A stretch of DNA of 64,000 nt from Octopus sinensis (Eukaryota), in assembly GCF_006345805.1 (NCBI RefSeq), contig NC_043001.1, forward strand, positions 33,170,001 to 33,234,000, written 5' to 3'. The notes beneath the pieces are model-generated. The model saw only the letters and a program-made list of their open reading frames with translations, was not told the DNA's origin and ran no database searches. Shown here piece after piece: positions 52,557 to 64,000 of the stretch (its first letter is position 1; each line of letters opens with the position of its first letter). The translations under genes were made by a program, and so were the position numbers.

Positions 52557-52793
52557 CGCCCTTTTAAAGCCTAACCAGGCTCATGGGCCCAGTCTCTATG
52601 GCGTATGTGTTCCCCAGCTGGACGGGACGCCAGTCCATCGCAGCGTTACTCATTTTTGCCAACTGAGTGGACTAGAGCAACGTGAAATGTAGTGTTTTGC
52701 TCAAGAACACAACGCATCACCCGGTCCAGGAATCGAAACCACAATCTTACGATCATGTTACTGACACCCAAACCACTAAGCCATGCGCCTCCA
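52557..52793 (-). mobile_element. SINE, family C
   Basis: Matches the 17122 copy. Confidence 0.82.
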
Positions 52794-53100
52794 CATATAT
52801 GTATGTACTTGTGTATATGTATGTACTTGTATGTATATCTATATGGTATACATGTTTGAATATATACACATATATATATGTGTGTGTATGTGTGTGTGTG
52901 TTAGAATTTTCCTTGAATCTTTCTATGAACTCGAAAGAGACCTTCCTTCACAATCTTTCGGTCGTAAGTCTAATCTTTTTGGGGGCGTTCTGCGTCCACC
53001 ATATTTAAATTTTCAATTGATAATACATTGCTGAACATCGATACATTATCGCAATTCAGTGAATTCATTATATTGATATATGTGTCGGTTTACATATGTA

Positions 53101-53188
<88 letters not shown>

Positions 53189-53361
53189 AATCTATTTAGC
53201 TATCTATCTATCAATCTATTTAGCTATCTATCTATCTATCTATTAGCTATCTATCTATCAATCTAGCTATCTATCTATCTATGTGCATGCGTGTGTGGCA
53301 TTTTATGACAACAAGTATATTTAAATAGTTCATCATAACATGCCTTGCCTTACCGTTTCAG

Positions 53362-53501
53362 TACCGTCACAGCCACCTAATGTGAAAGTTATCACTGAAA
53401 ATCGAAATACAGTTTTGCTTCTGTGGGAACCTCCGGTCCACCAGAATGGCATTCTCATTAAATACATAATCCGTTATTCAAACAGTTCAAGAGGCCCTCC
53501 G
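53362..53501 (+). CDS. Dscam: Dscam exon: FN3-4 N-half (VPSQPPNVKVITENRNTVLLLWEPPVHQNGILIKYIIRYSNSSRGPP)
   Basis: WxPPxxxNGI; tttcag| and CCG|gttagt; phase 1-0. Confidence 0.92.
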
Positions 53502-53900
53502 GTTAGTAAATACTTATTCTAATATATCAGAATCATTTAATAATATTCGTGGTTTGTTGAGTTGGCTGGTTTAAGAGTATCTAGTTATATACATATATAT
53601 ATTTGAGAGAGAGGTGGATGAAAAGATGGACAAATTATAAACGATAATATTTCATTTGTATGAAATGTCACTATACGCATTGCTGTTACAAAAATAAGAT
53701 CATTCTTTACAGCTGTTTCGAAGAATATGTCATTGGTTGAAGGCTATATTGCATATCATGCAAACATATCATGTGTTCATATTGAAGTAAAACTATATAC
53801 AGAAATTAAGCAGAAATATAGTCAAGTGTGTTAACATCTTGAAGCTGGAAACAGTGAGTCACTAGATTGAATTAGCGTCTTCTCCCCCTCCCCTGTGTGT

Positions 53901-53973
<73 letters not shown>

Positions 53974-55230
53974 AGATGTTAATTGTTAGTTCTATTCTGT
54001 TTGCATGTTTGAGAAATGAATAGGACAGAGACAGGCAAGGGTTATCGATTGGAGCACTACAGTTCCCCGTCTACAGTTATTTTTGATGGTATGTATCTCA
54101 GCACATTACCTGGAACTAACAAAGCTGCTGACAGCTGCTGCTACTTTCAGTAGACTGGATAATAACTGGTGTGTTTGTGCACTTCAGTTTTCCTACAATC
54201 TGAAATTTAAAAAATATGTATTGAAAATCAAATTTTGCAAACAGTATTCCAAAAAATTTACGGACAGTCATGTCTGGAAAGCTGTTAGAAGACGGTTAAC
54301 GTCTGTTGTGGATATATGTAAAGTAAAATGAAGATTAGAGTACCTGAAAATTAAACCTCTAAGAAAGATAAATTAGGAAAAAGGTTTAGTTAAGATCAGG
54401 TGTATAATGTGTAGAATATTTGAAGATGATGTGAAAGAAAGATGGAATATAATTAAGTGAATTATGTCTGTGATGGTGCTAAGGGTATCACAAAAATTTG
54501 AAGCTTGAAAAGCATTTGTTGTGGGTTGATTAGTAAACAGTTATACGGCCACACCTATATTCTAGTTGCACTCCAGGGAGTGGTTTTGTAAGTATATGTG
54601 ACTCTGTAGAGAAAGGCTCTGTAAAAACTATGTAATGGTAATGGTTAACGTACATTCTCTATCTAATGAATAAAACGCTTTCTTTGTAACGCAATTTCGA
54701 TTATATGAAGATGATGTGACAGGAAATAGATTGCTTCAGATGAGAATAAATGTGTTTTTTTTTCTTAAATAGAATTCCATTGTAGTAATAGAATATGTCT
54801 TATCAACTAGAGTTCAGTGAAATAGTAACTTCTTCGAGAAGACTGATTAAAACCACCATAGAATTCAAAGAATCAAAATCATTACAGTATTCAAAGGATT
54901 AAAATATATTAAATGTTTAATGTTCTTTTGAATCAGAAAATCTCGTAATACACAGGGTTCTATTCTGAGTAGTATCGTTGGTGTAATCATAGTGATCTGA
55001 TGAGCTAGCTTTCTTAATTTGCGTTGATTTGTGAATTTACAATTGTATTTTATAACGCCGGTCATACGTATTAATACAAACACGTAAGCATGATTTCTTC
55101 CACTCTGAAGAAGGTTGCCAAACAACCATAATCTTAAGGATCTTACGTGATTAAATAAATATATTTTCACCTCTCATACCTCCTGGCTTACATTGATTTT
55201 ATTCTTATTTACTTATTTTTATTTATTCAG

Positions 55231-55390
55231 AATAAAAAGAGTCCAAAATTGGAAATCAAAGCTCGACGGACAAGTTACATGATAAGTCGTTTGTTAGAAG
55301 GACAGGAGTACTTGTTTACAGTGAGCGCATGTACATATGGTGGTGAAAGCATTCCGAGCGATGTGGTTCGAGCAACGCCAACTGACAAAG
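55231..55390 (+). CDS. Dscam: Dscam exon: FN3-4 C-half (NKKSPKLEIKARRTSYMISRLLEGQEYLFTVSACTYGGESIPSDVVRATPTDK)
   Basis: LxxxxxYxFxVxAxTxxGE; ttcag| and G|gtattt; phase 0-1. Confidence 0.92.
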
Positions 55391-55786
55391 GTATTTCAAA
55401 CAAAACCTTTTCATTTCCATTTTACTTTATTCTGTACGTTTATAATTTGCATTAAATATATAGGTACAAATGCTGATATATTCAATGTAAATACATCAAG
55501 TAAGTAGAGCTTTCGAAAAATATCTCTTGGTCTGTATTTCATTATATTCCCTAACTATTTATACACTACTAATATACGGAAAAGGGCACAACAAATTGTG
55601 CTCCCTCTTTTCGGTTATATTTTTGTTGGCAATGTAACTAAATAAATTTCATGCTTTGCAAGAAGATAGACGCTACTCGTCATGCATTCATTAATAATAA
55701 GTTCTATATGGAGTGAGTTTATGATCTCGTCTTATTCTCTTATTGTAACAATGTCATTATATAAAGGTTAATAGCGCCTTCGTAGT

Positions 55787-56172
55787 GGAGGCGCAATGGC
55801 CCAGTGGTTAGGGCAGCGGACTCGCGGTCATAGGATCGCGGTTTCGATTCCCAGACCGGGCGTTGTGAGTGTTTATTGAGCGGAAACACCTAAAGCTCCA
55901 CGATGCTCCGGCAGGGGATGGTGGTGATCCCTGCTGTACTCTTTCACCATAACTTTCTCTCACTCTTACTTCCTGTTTCTGTTGTACCTGTATTTCAAAG
56001 GGCCGGCCTTGTCACTCTCTGTGTCACGCTGAATATCCCCGAGAACTACGTTAAGGGTACACGTGTCTGTGGAGTGCTCAGCCACTTACACGTTAATTTC
56101 ACGAGCAGGCTGTTCCGTTGATTCGGATCAACCGGAACCCTCGTCGTCGTAACCGACGGAGTGCTTCCATCC
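55787..56172 (+). mobile_element. tRNA-derived SINE, family D
   Basis: ggaggcgcaatggcccagtggttagggc...ggtttcgattccc; flanking direct repeat aatagcgccttc (TSD). Confidence 0.85.
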
Positions 56173-56446
56173 AATAGCGCCTTCATCACAACTTATTTTT
56201 ATTTCCTAAACTGTCGCAAGCTATAAGGATATGTTTAGAACAACAGCTTATTTATGATTTTAAGTATTGAGCAAAGGAAAAACAGACTACACCCGAACTG
56301 TTTCGTCTCAGAATTTTTTTCCATTCATCTCGAAATGATAGAATACTTTTAAGGCTTATATAATAGTGGTGTTCATTCTAGTGACTTTACACCCTTACAA
56401 CCTACGGCAACTGATTTGTGAATTCTCAAGCCATTTATAAAAACGT

Positions 56447-56752
56447 CGCCCTTTTCAATCCTAGCCAGGCTCATGGGCCCGGTTTCCCGGTTTCTGTGGC
56501 GTAAGTGTCCCCCACCTCCAGCTGGACGGGACGCCAGTGCATCGCAGCGTTACTCAAGAAACAGGAAGAGAGAGCGAGAGAATGTTGTGGCGAGAGAGTA
56601 CAACAGGGGTCGCCACTATCCCTGCCGGAGCCTCGTGGGACTTTTAGGTGTTTTCGCTCAACAAACACACACAACGCCCAGTCTGGGAATCAAAACCGCG
56701 ATCCTCCGACCGCGAGTCCGCTACCCTAACCACTGGGCCATTGCGCCTCCAC
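56447..56752 (-). mobile_element. SINE with family D head and family C-type tail
   Basis: Head is the reverse complement of 55787; tail (cagctggacgggacgccagt, gggcccggtttcccgg) resembles the 17122 and 52557 copies. Confidence 0.8.
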
Positions 56753-57404
56753 CATAAATCATTTATATTTACTCATATTTCTCTAGTGCCAGTTATATAT
56801 TGAATAAATCTAGTCTTTATTTTCACATTCTGCTTTGTTTGTTTCATTATGTAGTGTCTTTGAGCATCTAGAAATTTTCTGTTAGGAAATGGTAGATATA
56901 ATACTGAGATAAGTTCGTGGTAAACAGTGTTCCTGACCCATATTTTAACATCTATTTTAATGCTATTTCATCTACAGTAGCTATGCCTTAATAAAACTTT
57001 AGACATCACGAGACCAATTTACAGTCCTATATATTTCAATATTTCATGTTTACTTTAGTGATATTTGCTTTCTTTCTTCTAAACGTGATAATAAAAGTCT
57101 GTTACAAATAATCCAAAATAAGAGTGAAGCCCTTGTAATGCGTACATCTTCACATACATATTTGTATAAGTGATTCTCTGTTATATAAAGTGAATTGGTA
57201 CGTAAAGCGGGTTTTTGTATTCGCATGCAGATTTTACATTTCTACGTATTGAGATTATAGAACTGCATTCACGAGTTCAGAGAAAGATTTTTCAAGGGAA
57301 TTAACACCTTTTATGTTTATATTTTGCATTTAAGAGTTCTCTCCCTTGTAATAGTTGAAAATTTAAATTCAATTTTCCTCTCTGAATATTGATTTTCAAA
57401 AAGA

Positions 57405-57615
57405 TGGCAAACTGGCAGAATCGTTCGCACGCCGAGCAAAATGCCTAGCGGCATTTCGTTAGTCTTTAGGTTCCGAGTTCAAATTCCGCCGAGGTCGACT
57501 TTGCCTTTCATCCTTTCGGCTCGATAAAATAAGTACCAGTCGTACACTGGTATCGGTGTAATCAACTTCCTCCCTCCCCCGAAATTGCTGGCCCTGGGCC
57601 AAAATTTGAAACCAG
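57405..57615 (+). mobile_element. SINE, family A
   Basis: Core match. Confidence 0.8.
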
Positions 57616-58359
57616 TATTGATTTTCGAGGGACGAAATATTAGATTTTGCACAAATTAACGACAAGCAAGGACATTAATGAAAAAAATAATTATACGTCC
57701 TAGAAATAGCAGTCAAATATTCGTCAAACCGCTCTATCATATAAGTACTCTACCATCAAACATAAAAATGAAGGACACATTGTATATTATATATAACTGA
57801 TGAATATGTTTCTTGCTATTTCCAATAATTGTATAAATATTTCTGCCATGTATGTGGGTTGAAAAAAGATTTCTTTCGCCAACCGGACTTTTTATTGATA
57901 CATTAACAAATGAAGATTCTACAACTCAATACATAGATGGATCACCTGACACAGATATATACAACTATTGAAGAATGTCTTTTGTTAATTGAAAAGCAAT
58001 TTTGTGCGTTAACTAGTTATATGAATTTAAGTTTGATTGTTCTAATTTATTTCATTTGTTGTAAGACTTTGATGGATGTATGTATTGTCTTAATTTTGTC
58101 GTATAGCCGCAAGTTTCATGTATTATATAATTATTTTTTATTACAGTCCTTGCTTGTCCCTTTTACCTAGTTTCCCGTTCTCCTTATAACTCGTCCCCTA
58201 AATCATTCGTTTGACAGAGACCGTGCGATTTTATATGTTTCTTATTTTTTCCTTCGCATTCCCTCATTTATACCCACATTCCAACAAGATTTTTTTTTTC
58301 ACTCCGAAAACTCCAATCCTGCACTAAGCCGGTAATTTTTTTTTTTTTCTCTTTTGTAG

Positions 58360-58474
58360 TTCCGGCTCGAATTACGAATTTCTCAAGGGAGCAAACTCTC
58401 TATTGGAAAACTAATTCTATTCTGAAATGTAACGCTCGTGGAAATCCTATCCCGCTGATTTCATGGATAATGAA
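58360..58474 (+). CDS. Dscam: Dscam exon: Ig10 N-half (VPARITNFSREQTLYWKTNSILKCNARGNPIPLISWIMK)
   Basis: VPAxIxxF...W...LxCxAxGxPxP is the Dscam Ig10 start; long poly-T plus gtag|, AA|gtaaga; phase 1-2. Not in the ORF track. Confidence 0.92.
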
Positions 58475-59458
58475 GTAAGATATATATATTGTAAACTTGT
58501 TCGTTGTTGGATTTTTCTAATTTCAATTTAAGTTCTTTTAACGTCCACAACTTCGAGAAGATTGGATCCTTATGTATTTAAAACTGTTAATATAGCTAAT
58601 AGAATATTAAAATAAATTGGTCTTTTATCTTTCAAGTGTTCCAGTCTCAGGACCGCGGCCATGCTGGAACACTGCCTTGATAGATTTAGTTTAACAAATC
58701 GGTCCCTTTTGCCGAACCGTAAACAAGTACTAGTTCCCTAAGTCATGGACGAAGATAAATACACCCACACAAACACTCCCACTACCACCACCCCACTCCC
58801 CCCACACACACACATACATACATACATACATACATACATACATACATACATACATACATACATACTTATATGTGTGTGCTAGTGTTCCACACAGTTTCCG
58901 CTTATCAATTTCACTCACACGGCTTTAAAAGGGCGCATGTTCATAAGTCATGTATATTTACTCATATTTCTTCAGTGCCACTTATAAATTGAATTGTATT
59001 TTTATTGAAATTAATGAAGATTTTGCAATGTGATTGAACTGAAATATTTGTTATTTCTTTCTTTTCTTTTAATTGGTGTCAAGTACTATGGACCAAAACA
59101 TAATTTCTCTGTACTTCGATCCGGCAATCCAAATTGGATTTTAACTAGGCACCTTTTGTCTGCATACAGCACTGATTTCTTCCCTTAAGACTTGTGCATC
59201 AATATTTGAACACCCCGCATTCATACACACAAACCATTTTGGTGTGTTTACGTCCTCATAACAGAGCAGTTTAGCAAAAGAAACCGATAGCAAAACTACT
59301 GGGTTCGATTTGTTTGACTAAACATTTCAAGGCATTTTGCCAGTATAGCCACAGTGCAATGTAAAATATAAAAGAATGACTCTTAGTTTTTATCACTCGA
59401 ATTTTACAAATAAATTCGTATCATTATAATCATGCATTTGTTTGTTTTTATCCTTCAG

Positions 59459-59613
59459 AGACAAACCAGTTCTACTCAGTAAAACGGTGCAAAAGCTTCC
59501 GTCGGGCTCTTTAAATTTGAAGAGTGTTCAATTCACAGATGCAGCTAATTATACATGTCGTGCAGAAAATATATATGGTATCGAGGAAATTGTAATTTCT
59601 GTTAAAGTTATAG
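59459..59613 (+). CDS. Dscam: Dscam exon: Ig10 C-half (DKPVLLSKTVQKLPSGSLNLKSVQFTDAANYTCRAENIYGIEEIVISVKVI)
   Basis: GSLxxxxVxxxDAxxYTCxAxN; ccttcag| and G|gtaagt; phase 2-1. The gene continues beyond the window. Confidence 0.93.
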
Positions 59614-59668
59614 GTAAGTCGAGAGAGAATCTTGTTTGTTTTAAATGGTTAATGGTTATGTAATTATC

Positions 59669-59701
<33 letters not shown>

Positions 59702-60682
59702 CATTATCATCATCATCATTATTATTATTATTATTATCATCATTATTGATTGATTGATTGATTGAGAGAGCAGTGCATGTAATCAAAGTGACACTGGGGT
59801 AAACTGTGCAAAGTCCAGTATACCCATCATGACTACCCGTCTGATAAGGGTACACAAGGCGCATGCATCACAACCATATATGAATGACATGGTGATCTCA
59901 TGTCAAGAGAAACAGCGCATGACCTTGCAGGTGGGACCCAGTTAGAATTTTGAGCTAAAGACGAATGCAACTATAATCTGAGCCAAATTTCCGTGCCACA
60001 TCGCACGATCAGGACGTCTGGCGTGTAGGAGCAGTATTGATCGGAGCAAGTCCCTTGATGAAGCTGGGTGGTGGTTCAACATAATGCAGATCATAAAGTT
60101 GATCTAACTTTATCACTATCCCCAACGTCTGATTAATATACTGTTTCATTCGAAATATCTGTATATCTTCACCGTTCACTTGATTATTAGATTTTCTATA
60201 TTTGAGTCTATTTTAGACCTGAACTTTAGTTTAAGATTATCTTTTTCAATATATGGTAGATCATGAAATATCATTACTGCACGGAGCAGCTTCTCGTGTA
60301 AATTTGATTGATAGTAATTCGTTGTTCATACAAAGATGACTGCGATTCGTTCATTGTTACCTTTTCAATATTGAAATAGAACCAATCACATTATACTAAA
60401 CTATTACATTCCTTCAGATGAAGCTGTACTTAATGAAATATAATCAAATACCGTAGCAAGTTACACATTCCGCTTAGAGGAATGTTTGTATTGAAATAAG
60501 AGCAGTATATCTGTCAATATTTAATCGTTAAGAGTAAATGTGTAGATTTACTCTTAAACGTATGTGTGCATGCGTAGTGGGAGGGAGGTAGATGTACATA
60601 CAAATATATACATATATAAATGTATGCACACACACACACACATACGTGTATATACATACGTATATACACATACGTGTATATA

Positions 60683-60908
60683 GGCGGCGAACTGGCAGAA
60701 TCGTTAGCACGTCGGGCGAAATGCTTAGCGGTATTTCATCTGTCGCTACGTTCTGAGTTCAAATTCCGCCGAGGTCGACTTTGCCTTTCATCCTTTCAGG
60801 GTCGATAAATAAAGTACCAGTTTCGCACTGGGGTCGATGTAATCGACTTAATCCCTTTGTCTGTCCTTGTTTGTCCCCTCTATGTTTAGCCCCTTGAGGG
60901 CAATAAAG

Positions 60909-60912
<4 letters not shown>
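60683..60912 (+). mobile_element. SINE, family A (well preserved)
   Basis: Full head, core and tail. Confidence 0.88.
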
Positions 60913-60945
<33 letters not shown>

Positions 60946-61382
60946 CAATAATAATAAAGGGTAAAATTAATTAATCAATTAATAATTTTACCAAGTAGTT
61001 CGGTATGTTAGAAGAACCATTACCGGTAAACTTATACAAAAATTCTATAATTATGAGCATAATTATAATTAGGGTTCAGCAAAATTTGCTTCACCACATA
61101 CCGAAATTTAGAAATAGCAGTTAAAATACTATTCTCGTGCCATAAGATATCTCCTAAACAGCAATACTCAACAACTTACGTATATAATGCTCGTAGCTTA
61201 GTTTTTCCTTGGGGTTGGCCAGATTGGAGCAATCTCAAGATTAATCAGCCGAAATTGCGAGGATGATCCGGTTCTTGACTGAAGATTAGAGGCTTTGAAT
61301 GACCCGTCCGTGTTTTTTGTATCGTCTACTTGAATGTTTTACGTTCTTGTCCCATTTTGTATTTATATATATATATATATAT

Positions 61383-61469
61383 ACTTTATTTAAAGCATAT
61401 TACTCTACCACTGGTATTTGAGTACTCTTTTTTCCACCTTGTTTCACATTTATGTGTTTACTCCGGTAT
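61383..61469 (+). mobile_element. Hairpin-less ('collapsed') copy of the 62.2 kb element
   Basis: actttatttaaagc joined directly to the tail atattactctaccactgg...ttactccggta, which is shared with 62329-62400. Confidence 0.85.
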
Positions 61470-61476
61470 ATATATA

Positions 61477-61546
<70 letters not shown>

Positions 61547-62025
61547 TATATATATACGGGGAAAGTATATATTGAAAAGAATACCAAGGTACGGTGCTTA
61601 CAAGATAGTGTAAATAAGAAAAGAACAACAGATGGTTTATGTTAAGCACTTTTATAAATATTCTATCGTTGGCATACCCTTCACTCAAGAGCATACTCGC
61701 ACATGTGAGCCTTCTCTCCTTTGTTGTTTCCTCATGACTTTCAGAAAAATGGGTATTTTTTATTGAAAATTACTACAAATACATTTTAGATGATGCAGAT
61801 TACGATTACATTGGAATTTGTTTTTTCCGGGGAATGGAGGAGTTACGAAAGATTCACATGTCGGATTTGTTTCCTTATAATTTTTAGAGAAATGGCTATT
61901 CTGTATGAAACTTTCAACAAATACTTTTCATGTGCTATAGATTACGGTTATATCGAAATTTAAAACGAAAAACCATCATTGGGGCATGAACACATACATA
62001 ATAACATAACAAAATATCGTGTTTC

Positions 62026-62060
<35 letters not shown>

Positions 62061-62109
62061 TTTCTCTCTAGTTTCAACTCAGAGCTGCAGCCATGCTGAT
62101 GCACCACCG

Positions 62110-62170
<61 letters not shown>

Positions 62171-62173
<3 letters not shown>

Positions 62174-62396
62174 TTTATTTAAAGCAGCCGAAAATTCAAC
62201 AAAACCTGTTACTCTGAGTTTCCGTTGCCGTTCGTCGGACAGTTTTTGCTAGAAGAACTGTCCGATGAACGGCAACGGAAACTCAGAGTAACAGGTTTTG
62301 TTGAATTGTCGGCTGCTTTAAATAAAGCATATTACTCTACCACTGATATTTGAGTACTCTTTTTTCCACCTTGTTTCACATTTATGTGTTTACTCC

Positions 62397-62400
<4 letters not shown>
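62171..62400 (+). mobile_element. Fold-back element with a hammerhead motif on each strand plus 3' tail, in (TA)n
   Basis: Arms ~62173-62246 and ~62254-62327. Right arm reads ctgt-CCGATGA-a-cgGCAAcg-GAAAC-tcaga-GTA-acag; the left arm encodes the same motif on - with CCGACGA. Confidence 0.75.
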
Positions 62401-62443
<43 letters not shown>

Positions 62444-63168
62444 ATGAAACACGATATGTGCGCCATTTGAAGCATATTCATAAGAAATTTTTATTTAAAA
62501 TAATATCCATTTTTTCCTGAAAGTTATTAGGAAACAGAGTAGGGAGTTTCACACTAGTGAAAGTAGGACTAGTACAGCTAGCTTATATATATATACGTAT
62601 ATATAATGATGATGATGATAGAGACAAAGTGTCTGGGCGTTCATCGTACGAGCACTCAGGTATAATCCAGCTTATGGCTAACCATATCAAGAAGTACCTA
62701 GGATTACTCAAAGTAAGCAATCCCACAGTAATTCATCCGATGCGTAAATCGTGAATTTGCTACACTGGATTATAAATATTTTACCGAGTGTACATCTAGG
62801 ATAATTACAATGAATGCAGAGATTAATATATTTGCATATACTTTTTTATATTTGTATATATACAGCATATACAATTATACGGATTCATTTGAGTCAAATA
62901 TGCTGTATAACTGATGATATAAATTTTAAAAAATTACCTATCCAAAGACTATGAAAATATCTACAAAACATTTCACTTTATTTTTTTTCTCCAATTAGTT
63001 TTTATTTTACTCTTCGTTGAAAAGCTCAAAAAAGTCGGAAACCGCTACTAAAATGTACTGCATCAAAAAATTATTCAAGCATTTTCTACCTTCTCCTATT
63101 TCCACGCACACACATACATGCACTCCCTGCATTCTCTCACACATTCAAATATATATATATATAATATA

Positions 63169-63219
<51 letters not shown>

Positions 63220-63501
63220 CAATGCTTAGGCTAGTTAAAATATATTTGTGGCATATTTCAACTAATAAAAGACATATTCACTGCAGTTACCGGGATGAAA
63301 ATTTTCTGTCCAATGTCGCCATCTATCAGGATTCCCAACCATCGATGTTTCTGGTTCCTTAGCCGTTATCCATTCAATGTATTTTAGTTAAAGCTATACC
63401 TTTAATAAGGTGTGTCCAGATTTGACTCTCTTAGGTATTTCCTATTCATTATATGTATATTGATATATATATATCAAAATAAGCAACAAGAATATCTTCG
63501 G

Positions 63502-63575
63502 TAATTTGGTACGATCGTTTCACGCTACATCATTTTACATCAGTTTTAAAATGTTGAGCAATCATCAGCCATTTA
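63502..63575 (-). ncRNA. Minimal type I hammerhead candidate
   Basis: Minus strand: aatgg-CTGATGA-ttgct...agcgt-GAAAC-gatc-GTA-ccaaatt. Palindromic stem III ACGATCGT; long stem II (catttta/taaaatg); short stem I. Confidence 0.55.
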
Positions 63576-63620
63576 TAGAGGTTTTCCATTAATACATATT
63601 TTCATATTAATTGAAAATTG

Positions 63621-63647
<27 letters not shown>

Positions 63648-63651
<4 letters not shown>

Positions 63652-63942
63652 CGTGATCACCGTGACCGACCGGACTATCAGATGTTGCTATACATCGCTG
63701 GTCACAATGCGCTTCACATTGTTTTAGCTTGCAAATGACGCCACCCCTCTGGCTAAATGAGCCAGAAGAAAGAATGAGAGAAAGTTGTGGCGAAAGAGTA
63801 CAGCAGGGATCGCCTGCTGTACTTGCCGGAGCCTTAGGTGTTTTCGCTCAATAAACACTCACAACACCCGGTCTGGGAATCGAAACCGCGATCCTACAAC
63901 CGAGAGTCCACTGCCCTAACAACTGGGCCATTGCGCATCCAC
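63648..63942 (-). mobile_element. SINE, family D, with different 3' tail
   Basis: Head aactgggccattgcgcatcc on + is the reverse complement of the family D head; inserted in (TA)n. Confidence 0.75.
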
Positions 63943-63966
63943 TAATATATATATATATATATATTC

Positions 63967-64000
<34 letters not shown>

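Noticed and set aside
54000-54700. Possible decayed Penelope RT (minus strand LEYCLQNLIFN)
   Set aside because: Too degraded to support without a profile search.
55787-55860. tRNA-like sequences with A/B boxes (also at 51765 and 17290)
   Set aside because: They continue into SINE bodies present in many copies; these are SINE heads, not tRNA genes.

Overview
Eukaryotic, AT- and microsatellite-rich genomic DNA. The SINE families and gene structure suggest an octopus or other coleoid cephalopod (inference). The window holds the middle of a + strand Dscam (Down syndrome cell adhesion molecule) gene. I can trace 17 phase-compatible exons (9246-59613, 2544 nt, 848 codons) encoding Ig6(C-half)-Ig7-Ig8-Ig9-FN1-FN2-FN3-FN4-Ig10; three of them are absent from the ORF track and one uses a GC 5' splice site. 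I see no tandem alternative Ig7 exons. The introns contain tRNA-derived SINEs, CR1- and RTE-type LINE remnants, restriction-like-endonuclease retroelement fragments and Tc1/mariner relics. The most unusual signal is a recurring set of short 'fold-back hairpin + tail' elements inserted in (TA)n tracts that carry type I hammerhead-ribozyme motifs of the Penelope-like kind. One complete motif lies on the Dscam sense strand, and several share a CCGANGA core variant. There is also a ~580-bp inverted repeat bracketing the Ig7C and Ig8N exons. The long ORFs at 1-1570 are microsatellite artefacts.
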